The notes under the pieces were generated by a model that worked only from the letters and a program-made list of their open reading frames with translations, was not told the DNA's origin and ran no database searches. The translations under genes and the position numbers were made by a program. Shown piece by piece: positions 45,619-55,990 of a stretch of 64,000 nt of DNA. The stretch is from a virus (lineage: Duplodnaviria > Caudoviricetes), in the IMG/VR virus record IMGVR_UViG_3300018405_000011; one strand, written 5' to 3'. The first letter of the stretch is position 1. Each line of letters opens with the position of its first letter.

Positions 45619-46701
45619 TTAAGCGATAGGACCTGTTTGAGAATCCCACGTAATAGTATTCGTATTGATGTTGTCAAATCCACCTTGGTTGGCATAGAGG
45701 TCGGTCGTTTTAAACTGACCTGTAGTCTGGTTTAATCCGCCTTCAATGGTTCCAACAAAACCACCTGAAGCGGCGGCCATAGGTGAAGCATTTGGTCCAC
45801 AAGCAAACGATGGGAAGGTAACGATTGCATCATGCCCTTCTGGGCCTTCTATCATACTAAGGGTGGCTGAGCGTTTGTATTGTTCCGTGCTGTTTGTATA
45901 GCCCTGACTATTGACCGTATAATCCTTACCATTGTGTGTATATGTATCAGAGGTCTCCGTGTAGGTCGACGTTTCTGTTGTAATACTGTCTTTAGCTATA
46001 AGCTTATAGCGGTTCGTTTCAAGATTAATTTCATCTTTTGTAAAGAGGTTAAAGACAGTCTTATTAATCTCTAGGAAACTTTCGTCTGGGTTCTCTATTC
46101 GAAAGTGATGTTCCGGGCTATCCAAATAGAAACGGTTGCCGATATCGTCTTCTAAAACGAACTTACCGTCGCCAGTATTGAACTGCATGGTATAGGATGC
46201 TTTCTCGCCATTAGCTCGACTTGTCGTTAAGGTAATGTGTTTATCATGCGTGCTGACTTCTAAGGCATAGGAGTTATCACGACTAAAGGTAGTGTCTCTG
46301 TTCTTAGGGTCACCTGACCAAGCCCATACTACCGTTTCTAGACGGCGTAGGTCTAAGTCCTTTTGACGCCCCATAGCGTCCCAATAATAACCCTCTGCGG
46401 AATCCCCAGACTGATAGATAATGACCTGTTCACCGCGACGTACGTCAGGTGAAGTACGGCGGTTGTTCTCACCTAACCATTGCGCGGGAATGGTTTCCCC
46501 TAGTCCAATTTCGACTTTATAGAAGTCTCCATTATTATCGATGCCGTTTGTGGATGTCTCTAGAGTGTCAATGTTGACTTCCCCTGAGAAATTACTCACA
46601 AGCTCTACAGGCCATACGTGTACAATGTCTGTACCTCGCTTTTTGTTCTCCGCGACAATCCCGATGGAGACGGGACGAAATCGAGACATGTCATGTTGCA
46701 T
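45619..46701 (-). CDS. Baseplate central spike / gp5-gpV-like protein (phiKZ gp164-like)
   Basis: OB-fold-like N-terminus, PDVRRGEQVIIY, beta-helix-like repeats. Confidence 0.7.
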   Translation of the reverse strand: MQHDMSRFRPVSIGIVAENKKRGTDIVHVWPVELVSNFSGEVNIDTLETSTNGIDNNGDFYKVEIGLGETIPAQWLGENNRRTSPDVRRGEQVIIYQSGDSAEGYYWDAMGRQKDLDLRRLETVVWAWSGDPKNRDTTFSRDNSYALEVSTHDKHITLTTSRANGEKASYTMQFNTGDGKFVLEDDIGNRFYLDSPEHHFRIENPDESFLEINKTVFNLFTKDEINLETNRYKLIAKDSITTETSTYTETSDTYTHNGKDYTVNSQGYTNSTEQYKRSATLSMIEGPEGHDAIVTFPSFACGPNASPMAAASGGFVGTIEGGLNQTTGQFKTTDLYANQGGFDNINTNTITWDSQTGPIA

Positions 46702-46772
46702 GTTAAAACCCTTGTATTAAAGAACCTACTAGACGATTTGTTTAGAGCAATTAAGCATAGTGATTACGAATT

Positions 46773-49256
46773 ATGAAGTTAGTGCGTTTATATCTAAAAG
46801 GGTTTAAGCCCCTTTCTTTATCGAACATTGAGGAATTTGACTATTCCCCACAGGCCCCATGGCAATTAATCTTAGGCACAAATGGTTCTGGTAAGTCATC
46901 GATACTCCGTGCAGCTACACCTACCGTGACTGACCGCAGTGAGTTTAGACCTGGCGGACAGAAGCTAACCGTATGGGAGCTTGATGATGGTACAGTGTAT
47001 GAACTGACGTCGATTTATAACAGCAGTGCTAAGCACAGCTTTAAACGCAATGGTGAAGAACTGAATGACGGTGGTACAGGCACAGTACAGACTGAGTTGG
47101 TTGAGCAACATTTAGGCTACACTAATACATTGCATAAACTGCTTACGCAAGAAGTCCGCTTTACGGAGATGAATAAGTCGGCTCGTGAAAGTTTACTGTT
47201 AGACATCTCAGGAAATAACTTTGAGTATGGACTCGGTTTGTTCGATGAACTCAAACGCACGCACCGTGATACGGTAGGAGCAAGTAAACACCTATCAGTT
47301 AAGTTTACTGACCTGTGTCAACAGCTCGACTCCATGGGTGATATGGAAACCTTAGCTCAAACCTTAACCCATGAAGAAGAAGAGGTTGCTCGACTGACTC
47401 AGTTTACTAACTGGTCACTACCTACCCAGAACCCCATTGAGTCTAAACTGGAGGCTAACTACCGTGGGTTAAATGATAACCTAATTAAAGCCGAGCGATT
47501 ACGTAAGCAAATTCAAACCTTTCTTAATGAACATTCTTTAAAAACATCCGCATGGGACGGATACAGCCATTTTAAGAATGAAATCGTTAGTCAGCAGCAA
47601 TTACGCAATCATGTCGATGGCTCACTTAAAGAGCTCGAGTCGGAAATGACCGAGCTGTCGAGCATCCTACTGCGGTTAGAGGAATGTCCTGAGTCTATTG
47701 ATGCTGAAGCATTAAAGACGCAGATAGCCCAGTTAGAATCTGCGCATGCTCAGTATGTCAGTCATGTTAAATCGACGGTTACTGACATCGCTGCATCAAA
47801 AAATAATTGCATGTCGCTGCTGCATGAGTTTAGTTCTATCAGTGACCGGATTCCTTCTGGGTTGACTTTCTATAGTGAAGAGGCTATACGTAAACACGGT
47901 GACACTATAGCGTCAGTACAAGGTAACATTACCGAACTGGAACTTAAACTACGGCGAATTGATGAAATCGAACATCATGCTGCGCTCGCCGCAGAAAAGG
48001 ACGTAACGTGCCCTAAATGTAATACCCGTATTTTAAGTGAGCACTCACTAAACGAAGAACGCATGGCGGCATTAGTCAGCAAACGTAATGAAGGTAAGGG
48101 TAAGGTAGAGGGTTTAAAAGCTGAGTTAGAGAAACATAATGAACTCATGGCGTCTATGAAGACTTTAGGGTTTCTTAGAAACCAAGTACGTGACTTGCTT
48201 TCTCGCTATACGGCCTTTCGTCCTCTATGGGAAGACATCGGTAAAGTCGATGACTTACTCGCGTCGCCTACATTGTTACTTAATGCCTTATCGGCAGAGT
48301 TTACCGCATTAGAGCTAGAAGAGGCTCATATGCGCAGTGTACACGATTTAGAGAAGCTTAAAGAGTATCAGTACCTAATTGCCTTACGCGATGGAGAAAA
48401 CACTCAGGGGCGCCTACAGAGCTTACAGCAGCAATACGAAAAACTGATTGCTTCACGTAATGAAACGAGTCGCTTGATTCAACTCTATGGTAAACTGGAG
48501 TCATTGTTTGATGCGTTAGGAGATATCTGTAAGGAGATGGATACGCAGGTAGGTGAGCGAGAGCGGCTGTTCTATGAGTGGGCAAACACCGAAGGGACTA
48601 TCGAAGTGAATCGCTACGTGCGGACAAAGCAAACGCAGTTAGGTCAGATGCGTAATGCTCTAACCACATGGAAGGATTTAGAATCCCGTAAGCAGTATCT
48701 GTCTGCGGGTAATGAGGAACTTAAAGATAAGAAGGCTAAGCTAGAAGTTCTAATTAAGTTGCTGAGTCCTACTACAGGACTTATTGCTAGACAACTTAGG
48801 TCATCTCTGGATGACTTCTGCGATATGGTCAATGTGATTCTTTCTGAGATATGGGAACATGAACTGTCTATTAGCGTCCCTAAGGATGAGAAGAAACTGA
48901 GCTTTAACTTTAACTTACATGTGGATGGGGAAACCCGTGAAGATGTAAAGAAAGGAAGTAAAGGGGAACAAGAGGTCATCAACATGGCGGTAACATTAGT
49001 CATCATGGCTCAAAAGCAATTGCAAAACTATCCGATGTTTATGGATGAAATAGGGGCAAGCTTTGACCATGCCCACCGACGTAACTTGTTAACCTTTATT
49101 CGTAAGCTTATTACTAGTGGCAGCATTAATCAACTCTTTATGATTTCTCACTTCTGTGCAGACTACGGCGGTATCAGTAACAACGATATCATTGCGCTGA
49201 ATACCAGTAATATCCAGCTCAACATGCCATACAACGAAGTCGTAAGTATAAAATAA
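46773..49256 (+). CDS. sbcC: SbcC/Rad50-like ATPase (phiKZ gp165-like)
   Basis: Walker A GTNGSGKS, Q-loop, coiled coils, CPKC zinc hook, SKGE signature, MFMDE Walker B, ISH. Confidence 0.92.
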   Translation: MKLVRLYLKGFKPLSLSNIEEFDYSPQAPWQLILGTNGSGKSSILRAATPTVTDRSEFRPGGQKLTVWELDDGTVYELTSIYNSSAKHSFKRNGEELNDGGTGTVQTELVEQHLGYTNTLHKLLTQEVRFTEMNKSARESLLLDISGNNFEYGLGLFDELKRTHRDTVGASKHLSVKFTDLCQQLDSMGDMETLAQTLTHEEEEVARLTQFTNWSLPTQNPIESKLEANYRGLNDNLIKAERLRKQIQTFLNEHSLKTSAWDGYSHFKNEIVSQQQLRNHVDGSLKELESEMTELSSILLRLEECPESIDAEALKTQIAQLESAHAQYVSHVKSTVTDIAASKNNCMSLLHEFSSISDRIPSGLTFYSEEAIRKHGDTIASVQGNITELELKLRRIDEIEHHAALAAEKDVTCPKCNTRILSEHSLNEERMAALVSKRNEGKGKVEGLKAELEKHNELMASMKTLGFLRNQVRDLLSRYTAFRPLWEDIGKVDDLLASPTLLLNALSAEFTALELEEAHMRSVHDLEKLKEYQYLIALRDGENTQGRLQSLQQQYEKLIASRNETSRLIQLYGKLESLFDALGDICKEMDTQVGERERLFYEWANTEGTIEVNRYVRTKQTQLGQMRNALTTWKDLESRKQYLSAGNEELKDKKAKLEVLIKLLSPTTGLIARQLRSSLDDFCDMVNVILSEIWEHELSISVPKDEKKLSFNFNLHVDGETREDVKKGSKGEQEVINMAVTLVIMAQKQLQNYPMFMDEIGASFDHAHRRNLLTFIRKLITSGSINQLFMISHFCADYGGISNNDIIALNTSNIQLNMPYNEVVSIK

Positions 49257-49261
49257 AAGAC

Positions 49262-49297
49262 ATTACTCTCCTTCCCTGTTAAAGGAAGGAGAGTAAT
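49262..49297. terminator. Terminator between convergent genes
   Basis: ATTACTCTCCTTCC/GGAAGGAGAGTAAT, 14 bp. Confidence 0.85.
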
Positions 49298-49302
49298 CTT
49301 TA

Positions 49303-50487
49303 TTATTTAACCATTGCTTTTAGCGTAGAGACATACTTATCGATTACGTCAGTGCGGTAATAATAGAAACTGATTAGCGAACTGTCGAGTAGTTCAAATA
49401 TGGCTAACATAGCTTTGACTGCAGCACTTGAAACCCAGTCCGTAGACAGTTGTTCTTGTGTGATTACTTTATCATAAGCATCGTAGACTGCGTAGTAGCC
49501 GTCCATAACGTCGTTTAGCGCGCCATCGCCATTCTCTGTTGCTTCAATAATCGATTCTAGTGCTTTAATCATGTCTTCTTTAGAAAGAACATCGATTTCA
49601 CCCATGGCTTTGACTTCATCGGACTTTTTGTCATCGAATTTATGAGTGATGCTAGTTGCATAAGGAACGACTGACGAGCCTATCGGGTAGTTCTTAACGA
49701 CGTAACCCATTGCAAAACCACCAGGCAAGCCTAGGTCAGATACCATGATCTTTTCGTCTGCCTTTGCTTTAATCCAGTCGGATTTATCAGCCGGCTTATA
49801 ATCAAACGCTTTGACTAGGATTTCATAAACCTCGACTAACTCATCGGCGGTAGACTTGTCATCAAAAGCTGCAGACTTAATGGCTTTCATCATTGCCGGA
49901 GCCGCTTCAGTTAAGCCAGTCACAGCCGGAGACTTATCGATGATATCCATGCCTTCTGGAATCGAAATCGCTTTGCCTTTAACCTGGAAGAATTTAGCAC
50001 CGCCACCAGTAGACACTTTACCTTCTTTTAGCTCAGTACCATCTTTACCTAACTCAGTAATCAGATTCTTAGCGATAGTGTTATTGCTGCGGAAAATGTC
50101 GCCAAACCCTTTAAAGGCTTTCTTCATGGCCTTCATCATAGCCACGGATTGCTTTTTAATCCAGTCTTTAAGCTTAGTGATGGTTTCACTGATACCTTCC
50201 ATTGCGACTTCGTAACCTAAGTCATCAGCGCTTTCCATTCCTGGAATAACCAGTTGGAGTTCAGGCAGCTCGGTTAGGATTTCATTGGCGGCATATTGAA
50301 GCATGTTGCCAGACGCGCCTTTACTGTGCGCCTGTAACTCTTCCAGCTTTTGACAGATGGTATTCGCTTCAGTTATTGCGTCTTTAAGCCCCATAGCTTC
50401 CTGAATGGATGCTCTGGCTTCATCTACGGACATAGTCGGCTCATGTGGCTTTAGAGATGCCATAATGGCTTGTTTTAATAGAGACAT
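49303..50487 (-). CDS. Internal head protein with prohead-protease sites (phiKZ gp162/163-like)
   Basis: GMES and AMEG motifs match the S/A/G-x-E cleavage consensus of phiKZ-type proteases. Confidence 0.7.
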   Translation of the reverse strand: MSLLKQAIMASLKPHEPTMSVDEARASIQEAMGLKDAITEANTICQKLEELQAHSKGASGNMLQYAANEILTELPELQLVIPGMESADDLGYEVAMEGISETITKLKDWIKKQSVAMMKAMKKAFKGFGDIFRSNNTIAKNLITELGKDGTELKEGKVSTGGGAKFFQVKGKAISIPEGMDIIDKSPAVTGLTEAAPAMMKAIKSAAFDDKSTADELVEVYEILVKAFDYKPADKSDWIKAKADEKIMVSDLGLPGGFAMGYVVKNYPIGSSVVPYATSITHKFDDKKSDEVKAMGEIDVLSKEDMIKALESIIEATENGDGALNDVMDGYYAVYDAYDKVITQEQLSTDWVSSAAVKAMLAIFELLDSSLISFYYYRTDVIDKYVSTLKAMVK

Positions 50488-50498
50488 GTTACGGTTCC

Positions 50499-51395
50499 TT
50501 AATTTTCAGTTTCGTTTAAATGTAGAGCAATCTTCTTCATGCTATCATTCCACGCCGTAATGGCGATAACCAACATGTAGTTAATAGCAACTAAGTATTC
50601 CGTTTCCGTCGCTACGTGACGAAGGGCATTAGCTAGCTTCTGTTTAGTAGCTTTAGGAATTTCATTGATGTCGCCGTGTGCCTCAGACTGAGACGTAACG
50701 TCAATCATCTCTTTAACATACAGCGTTAGTTTTTCTTCTTGTGCCTTTAGCGCTTTTAAATCTAGGTCTTTACCTACTAGCGCAGCTTGTAGTAAGAAAC
50801 CATAGGTGGCTTCCATTTGACGCAGTGAGCCATAGAGTTCACTGCATACCGCCATGTCTGTACCATGCTCATCGCGAGTACGTTTATAGAACTTAGCGAT
50901 ATCATCTTGCATGTCGTCAATATCATTGAGCTCTAATAGCTTGTCATTCCAGACTTTCTGTAGGTGGTCTGGATTACTCACGCCTTGAGCAAACCACTTA
51001 ATCAGCGGCTGGTAAAGCGTATCGCCAATTTTTGACATAGCGGTATACTGCTCCGCTACGGCCTTTGTGTAGTCAGCCATGGCACCAGACATCTTTTCAG
51101 GACGATACAGGACCAGTCCCTCAATGTCTTTAAAACCTTTCTTTTGCCCTGCCAGTAACTTTTCCAAGTCACGGTAGTTTGTAGGCATCACTTCGATGCC
51201 ACGAAAGTCTTCATTAATAGCCTTGTTAAAAAGACTCCGTACAGCCGCAATGGATGAACTCACGAAATCCAGAAAGCTATCAAAGCCTTCCATGCCGATT
51301 TCGTCTTCAGTTTCCAATTGCCTGGCTAGACGCTCAGCAACTTGTGTAATTTTCATTTTGGGTACCTGAAAGTGATTTAAGATGACCACTACCAA
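50499..51395 (-). CDS. Internal head protein paralog (start probably at MKITQ)
   Basis: IGMEGF processing motif; helical; adjacent to its paralog. Confidence 0.7.
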   Translation of the reverse strand: MVVVILNHFQVPKMKITQVAERLARQLETEDEIGMEGFDSFLDFVSSSIAAVRSLFNKAINEDFRGIEVMPTNYRDLEKLLAGQKKGFKDIEGLVLYRPEKMSGAMADYTKAVAEQYTAMSKIGDTLYQPLIKWFAQGVSNPDHLQKVWNDKLLELNDIDDMQDDIAKFYKRTRDEHGTDMAVCSELYGSLRQMEATYGFLLQAALVGKDLDLKALKAQEEKLTLYVKEMIDVTSQSEAHGDINEIPKATKQKLANALRHVATETEYLVAINYMLVIAITAWNDSMKKIALHLNETEN

Positions 51396-51450
51396 TGGTC
51401 TAGGAAAAGATTGTTAACCTATAATATTTAAGCCTTTCGGAGACAGACCT

Positions 51451-52911
51451 ATGTTAAATCTATTCAAAGGAAAGGAGTTCATTACTCCGATTACACGCGC
51501 CTACCACAACATCGGTTGCTTGTTTGATATCCCTACTGGTACTTATTTTACAGGCACCCGCGGGGAGCGTGTATTGATGGGCGGTCAAGGCCCAATTAAC
51601 TCCTTTACCGGCCCAGGCAACTCATTTAAAACGGACTTAGTGCTTTATGCACCGCTCACGTGCTTAGACCGCTATCCATCACATCGTGCGATTGTCTACG
51701 ATACTGAGAACTCGCTTAAGTACTCGCGCTTTAATCGTATTGCTCAAAACATGCCTAACCTAAAGAGCTATGATTTTGCTGAGCACGCGTATGATGAAGA
51801 CCCGTTGCTCATGTTTATTCAGAAAGCGGACCTAGAAGGCGATGCCTATTTTGACCTATTAAAAGAAATGGGTAAAGAGAAGCAGAAGAATCGTCGCATG
51901 CTAGAGCGTACCCTGCCGATACGGGATGGTAATGGTACCCTGATGAAAGTCATGGCAGCGACACACGCGATATGTGACTCACTGTCCGCCTTCTCAGTGT
52001 CTTCCGTAGACGACGGAATCATCGACAAGAACGCTATCGGTGACTCTAAGAACAACACCATGTTCATGAAAGACGGTGCGGCTAAGACGCAGATGATCAT
52101 CCAGTTACCTAACGTAACGATGCAAAGCGACATCTATTTCCAATGTACCGCACATATCGGTAACCGCATTGAGATGGACCCTTATGCTCCTAAACCTATC
52201 GAGCTCACGTTCTCTAAGAACGGGACTAAGGCAAAAGGGGTACCTGAGAAGTTCCAGTACATCAATGACCATTTGGTCGAAGTACTGAACACTAAACCAC
52301 TCACTAACCCATCCGATAAAGCACCCATGTTCCCTTCACGCGAAGAAGACCGTGAGAAGGGCAATGACTTGTTCTTGATTACCGCGGTGAACTCACGTAA
52401 TAAGGGCGGGCAGTCAGGCATCTATTTCCCAATCGTTGTTTCACAAACTGAAGGGATTAAAGTTGGATTGACCGAGTATCTCTATTTAAAAGAGAATAAG
52501 AAGTTCGGTATAGGCGGAAATGACCGTCGTTACTTCTTAGAACTACGCCCTGGTGTAGTGATGGAGCGTACGACTATCCGTGGTATCGTAGAGAATGATG
52601 CGAAACTCAAACGTGCGTTAGAAATCACCAGTGAAATGCTACAGATGCGTAAAGTATGGCGTGCCGCTGATGAACTTCATATTACACCAGCGGAGCTCTA
52701 TCAGAAAATCATTGACTTAGGGTATGACTGGGAAATCCTCTTAGATACTCGCGGTTACTGGATGTATCACGAAGACGAAGTAGACCAAAAACCGTTCTTA
52801 TCTACCATGGACTTATTGCGTATGGCGGCTGGCCTATACCACCCTTATTTCCTAAAAGAAGATAAGAAAACGATTATTGACAAGCATTGGCTATTAGGCG
52901 ACTGGAAGTAA
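51451..52911 (+). CDS. uvsX: UvsX/RecA-like recombinase (phiKZ gp152-like)
   Basis: Walker A GPGNSFKT, IVYDTENS, ICDSLS. Confidence 0.8.
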   Translation: MLNLFKGKEFITPITRAYHNIGCLFDIPTGTYFTGTRGERVLMGGQGPINSFTGPGNSFKTDLVLYAPLTCLDRYPSHRAIVYDTENSLKYSRFNRIAQNMPNLKSYDFAEHAYDEDPLLMFIQKADLEGDAYFDLLKEMGKEKQKNRRMLERTLPIRDGNGTLMKVMAATHAICDSLSAFSVSSVDDGIIDKNAIGDSKNNTMFMKDGAAKTQMIIQLPNVTMQSDIYFQCTAHIGNRIEMDPYAPKPIELTFSKNGTKAKGVPEKFQYINDHLVEVLNTKPLTNPSDKAPMFPSREEDREKGNDLFLITAVNSRNKGGQSGIYFPIVVSQTEGIKVGLTEYLYLKENKKFGIGGNDRRYFLELRPGVVMERTTIRGIVENDAKLKRALEITSEMLQMRKVWRAADELHITPAELYQKIIDLGYDWEILLDTRGYWMYHEDEVDQKPFLSTMDLLRMAAGLYHPYFLKEDKKTIIDKHWLLGDWK

Positions 52912-52915
52912 AACT

Positions 52916-53278
52916 ATGGAACTGAGCACCTGCCACGTGGCAAAGCACCGTAAGGTGGATAAAGAAACCACTGTCTTTATAGACACCACGGTAAAAAGCG
53001 GCGTTCAGTTCTTAGCCCCTAGCTGGGAGATGGTCATGGGGCATAAAGCTGGCACGTTAAGTAATGAAGCCTATACCGACCTTTTTCTGAAAAGGATGGA
53101 GCGCTCATTAAAACGGTTTCCTTACGAATGGGGCGTACTATTAAGTCACCCTTCGGTATGCTTAGCGTGCTATTGTCCCAGTGGCTGTTTTTGTCATCGT
53201 TTATTACTGGTGTCTTTTATTAAATCTCTTTGTCTAGAACGAGGGGAGCCCTTCATATACCGGGGAGAAATCTTATAA
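52916..53278 (+). CDS. DUF488/YeaO-like protein
   Basis: FLAPSW...Y...F...CLACYC...CHR. Confidence 0.65.
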   Translation: MELSTCHVAKHRKVDKETTVFIDTTVKSGVQFLAPSWEMVMGHKAGTLSNEAYTDLFLKRMERSLKRFPYEWGVLLSHPSVCLACYCPSGCFCHRLLLVSFIKSLCLERGEPFIYRGEIL

Positions 53279-53583
53279 TGGAACGGAATTTATTTGCTGT
53301 TACACATGGCTTATTGTTAAGTCGCTGTGACGGAGAACACGCTACGTGCTTTGAAGCCGTAGCCCTAAAGCACCAACGTGACTATAAAGACTTTGTAGGC
53401 GCGAAAACCTTTTTGGCAGGATACTGGTCAAATCAACTCTTTGAACACGGCCTATCGGCAGAAGGCTCTTTAGCCTACATGCATCTAATGACCTGCCGTA
53501 ATGGGGTAGAATACGAACGACAATTAACAGAGTACGTATTACCCATTCTTAATGAACGCAATCTTTCCATCTCCTCGCCTTAA
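53278..53583 (+). CDS. Hypothetical protein (track start 53230; likely start 53278 by TAATG coupling)
   Basis: Stop/start overlap with the previous gene. Confidence 0.7.
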   Translation: MERNLFAVTHGLLLSRCDGEHATCFEAVALKHQRDYKDFVGAKTFLAGYWSNQLFEHGLSAEGSLAYMHLMTCRNGVEYERQLTEYVLPILNERNLSISSP

Positions 53584-53614
53584 TGACGGGGAGATTCACT
53601 AAAGGAAATCTCCT

Positions 53615-54280
53615 ATGTCTAGACGTACTGTTTTTGAAACCGAATGGTTTCAGTTTCTCAAAGCCCTAGGGGCTGACCCCCGCAATACTGAGTTATATAA
53701 GCTGACCTTTACCCGCATGAGCGATGATGAGTTTACAAACATGGTTCGCCTCATAGCTTCCGGTGAGTTAGTACTCCCTGTGCTGTCCTTTAACATGGAA
53801 GGGAAAAAGCTTAATGTAGAGCAGGTAATGAAGGTAGGGGAGAGCATCGGAATTCAATGGTTTAACCGCTTAGAGCTTACTGATGCGATTACCCGCGAGA
53901 GCAATCTGACTCCTGTGACATATTTGGTCTTAGAACTTCAAGTTCGTCGTCAAATCCAACACCTGGTTAAGAAGCGTTCTACAGCAGACTCTAACCGCGT
54001 GGTCGATGTACTGAGTGGTCAGGTAACCGGTGACTCTAAAGCCGCAGGGATTTCATTACCTGAACTAACAGCGCTAAACGCTAAAGGTAACACGAACGGG
54101 ATTGTAGAACTGATTAAGGTCCGTGGCGGTGATAAAGAAGCGCACCGGATGATGCTTGACCAGCTTCGTGATACCGGCAGTTACTCCCTCGAACCGATAC
54201 TGCAAGCAGGAACCCGTCCTAAAGTACTCACTACGACCAACAGTTTACTGCACGGGATGATGATTGAATCTAACTTATAA
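53615..54280 (+). CDS. Virion RNA polymerase beta subunit, C-terminal fragment (phiKZ gp149-like)
   Basis: QHLVKKRST...DVLSGQVTGDSK...ISLPELTAL...ELIKVRGGD aligns by eye with the RpoB C-terminal segment HLVDDK..ARST..SLVTQQP..GEMEVWAL..EMLTVKSDD. Confidence 0.8.
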   Translation: MSRRTVFETEWFQFLKALGADPRNTELYKLTFTRMSDDEFTNMVRLIASGELVLPVLSFNMEGKKLNVEQVMKVGESIGIQWFNRLELTDAITRESNLTPVTYLVLELQVRRQIQHLVKKRSTADSNRVVDVLSGQVTGDSKAAGISLPELTALNAKGNTNGIVELIKVRGGDKEAHRMMLDQLRDTGSYSLEPILQAGTRPKVLTTTNSLLHGMMIESNL

Positions 54281-54285
54281 AAGGC

Positions 54286-54705
54286 ATGACGATGTTTGAC
54301 CCAAAAGAGAAAAAGGTAAAAGTAGAGCGGCAGTACTTAGACATACTGCCTAAGTTCCGCGACATCATTATTGGCGATATGAAAGCTTGTCTTAATGACC
54401 AAACCGCCCCTTTCTTCAAGAAATTACAGGGACTGGAATATGACCTCTTAAAAGACAATAAAGAAAACGTAAAGCGAGCAGAGTGTTTACGGACTATTGC
54501 ATATTACGAGCTAGGCGGAAGAATGGAGCGAGTAGTCGATAAGGCTTTAGCCATGACGGTACAAGACGCACGTGAACTGGACACCCTACTTAAAGGTCTT
54601 ACTACGTCATTAAGACTGACGGAACGGGAACAGGAAGCCGTTATTAAACTCTTTAAGTCTAACCCATCGCTACTGTACTGCCGCATCATCGAGCTCACGA
54701 GGTAG
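54286..54705 (+). CDS. Hypothetical protein
   Basis: ORF track; in operon. Confidence 0.7.
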   Translation: MTMFDPKEKKVKVERQYLDILPKFRDIIIGDMKACLNDQTAPFFKKLQGLEYDLLKDNKENVKRAECLRTIAYYELGGRMERVVDKALAMTVQDARELDTLLKGLTTSLRLTEREQEAVIKLFKSNPSLLYCRIIELTR

Positions 54706-54708
54706 TTT

Positions 54709-55410
54709 ATGTTTAGTCAAGTATCTTCACAAGGCGATGTCTTTGTAGAACTGGATTGTTTACTGGACACCCGTATAGCTCTGATACAGGGTATATGGCC
54801 GAAGTGGGCAGAACAGCTCGCCAGTTCTGCAAAATACTTTCGGCGCATAGACGATAATTTCGCTAAGCATTGGCCAGACTTTCCACAGGTAGACTTTAAC
54901 GATACCTATAGGGCCCGTACCTATGCGCATATCCGCGGGCGGGCAGCATGGACTCCCGTAGCAAAGCGTATCCAAACTTTTAGTCGACTTATTAAAGCTA
55001 AGACGGTAACTCTGTCAAACGACGCCCCTCTAACGTTAACGGTGAACCTTTATCCGTACCGGGTTCCTATGGAAGATAAAGACGTGCTAGAGGAAGTCCT
55101 ACTCGACATGTTCGCGTTTGATTGTATACGGTTTGTTAACATGTCTCCCGACATGGTCACCCCGCTGTATTTAGATAAAAACTTTAAAGAGTTTGTTATC
55201 TATAACTTTGATGAATGGATTTGCTTACATTCCGAGGCATTAGGGAAACACCCTTTACCTCATGTAACAGCGACACATCCACTCATAGTTATCAAAGACC
55301 ACGGCATCCCTATCTCTAAAGTCGTCGAGCAAGCCATTGAAACGTTACGACCGGTCATTAACCTACAGCCTTTGCCTTTAGATAACTTCAGTTTTAAAGC
55401 AGAAGCATAG
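54709..55410 (+). CDS. Conserved phiKZ-like protein with a degenerate HAD-like N-terminal motif
   Basis: VFVELDCLLDTR. Confidence 0.65.
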   Translation: MFSQVSSQGDVFVELDCLLDTRIALIQGIWPKWAEQLASSAKYFRRIDDNFAKHWPDFPQVDFNDTYRARTYAHIRGRAAWTPVAKRIQTFSRLIKAKTVTLSNDAPLTLTVNLYPYRVPMEDKDVLEEVLLDMFAFDCIRFVNMSPDMVTPLYLDKNFKEFVIYNFDEWICLHSEALGKHPLPHVTATHPLIVIKDHGIPISKVVEQAIETLRPVINLQPLPLDNFSFKAEA

Positions 55411-55413
55411 TGT

Positions 55414-55444
55414 ATGTACCTACCCCGAGATGGAGTAGGTACAT
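55414..55444. terminator. Terminator between convergent genes
   Basis: ATGTACCTAC/GTAGGTACAT stem. Confidence 0.7.
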
Positions 55445-55451
55445 ATCACCA

Positions 55452-55886
55452 TTAGTCATCTTTAATGATTTCGCTATATTCAGGACTGCCCAGCTCCTGT
55501 GATAGAGACCATGACTCTACCGGCTTATCACCTAAAGCATCCAGTGCTAAGGTAGGAGCTTTTACAGCATCCAGTACTTGTCCAGCAACGCGATGAGGGT
55601 CAGTAGCAGTTCGGAAAAGTTCCGATACGGCTTTAGACATTTCGGTAAAGGACTGGGAATTGTCTTTATCGACTTCGAGACGTAAAATACCTAAGTCAGT
55701 CTGAGACATGTCTTTTAGTAGTTTGGCGGCTTCTTTATCGATATAGCCTTGGGTGCGTAATAAATGGGCACGAACCTGTTGGACTTGGGCTAACCGCTTA
55801 GAGGGGTCTTCCTCTAAATAGTCAAGGAAGGAATAGGAATCTACCCCTTCAGTGACAGGAACTGCGTCGTCTGCTACTTCACTCAT
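55452..55886 (-). CDS. Hypothetical acidic protein
   Basis: ORF track; AGGTG SD. Confidence 0.7.
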   Translation of the reverse strand: MSEVADDAVPVTEGVDSYSFLDYLEEDPSKRLAQVQQVRAHLLRTQGYIDKEAAKLLKDMSQTDLGILRLEVDKDNSQSFTEMSKAVSELFRTATDPHRVAGQVLDAVKAPTLALDALGDKPVESWSLSQELGSPEYSEIIKDD

Positions 55887-55917
55887 GATGTCACCTGTAA
55901 TTAATCGAGATTTATTA

Positions 55918-55930
55918 AAACCTATATTAC
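55918..55930 (+). promoter_or_regulatory. Putative early promoter AAACCTATATTAC
   Basis: Exact motif copy inside the core block. Confidence 0.8.
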
Positions 55931-55990
55931 CTTAATGTATTACCCACGCTAGGCGTGGTCTACGTTTCTATAGAATTTAGGAGATTTATA

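Noticed and set aside
40040-46770. TATG late-promoter motifs upstream of structural genes (near 40048, 40078 and 46757)
   Set aside because: A 4-mer is too frequent to support without TSS data.
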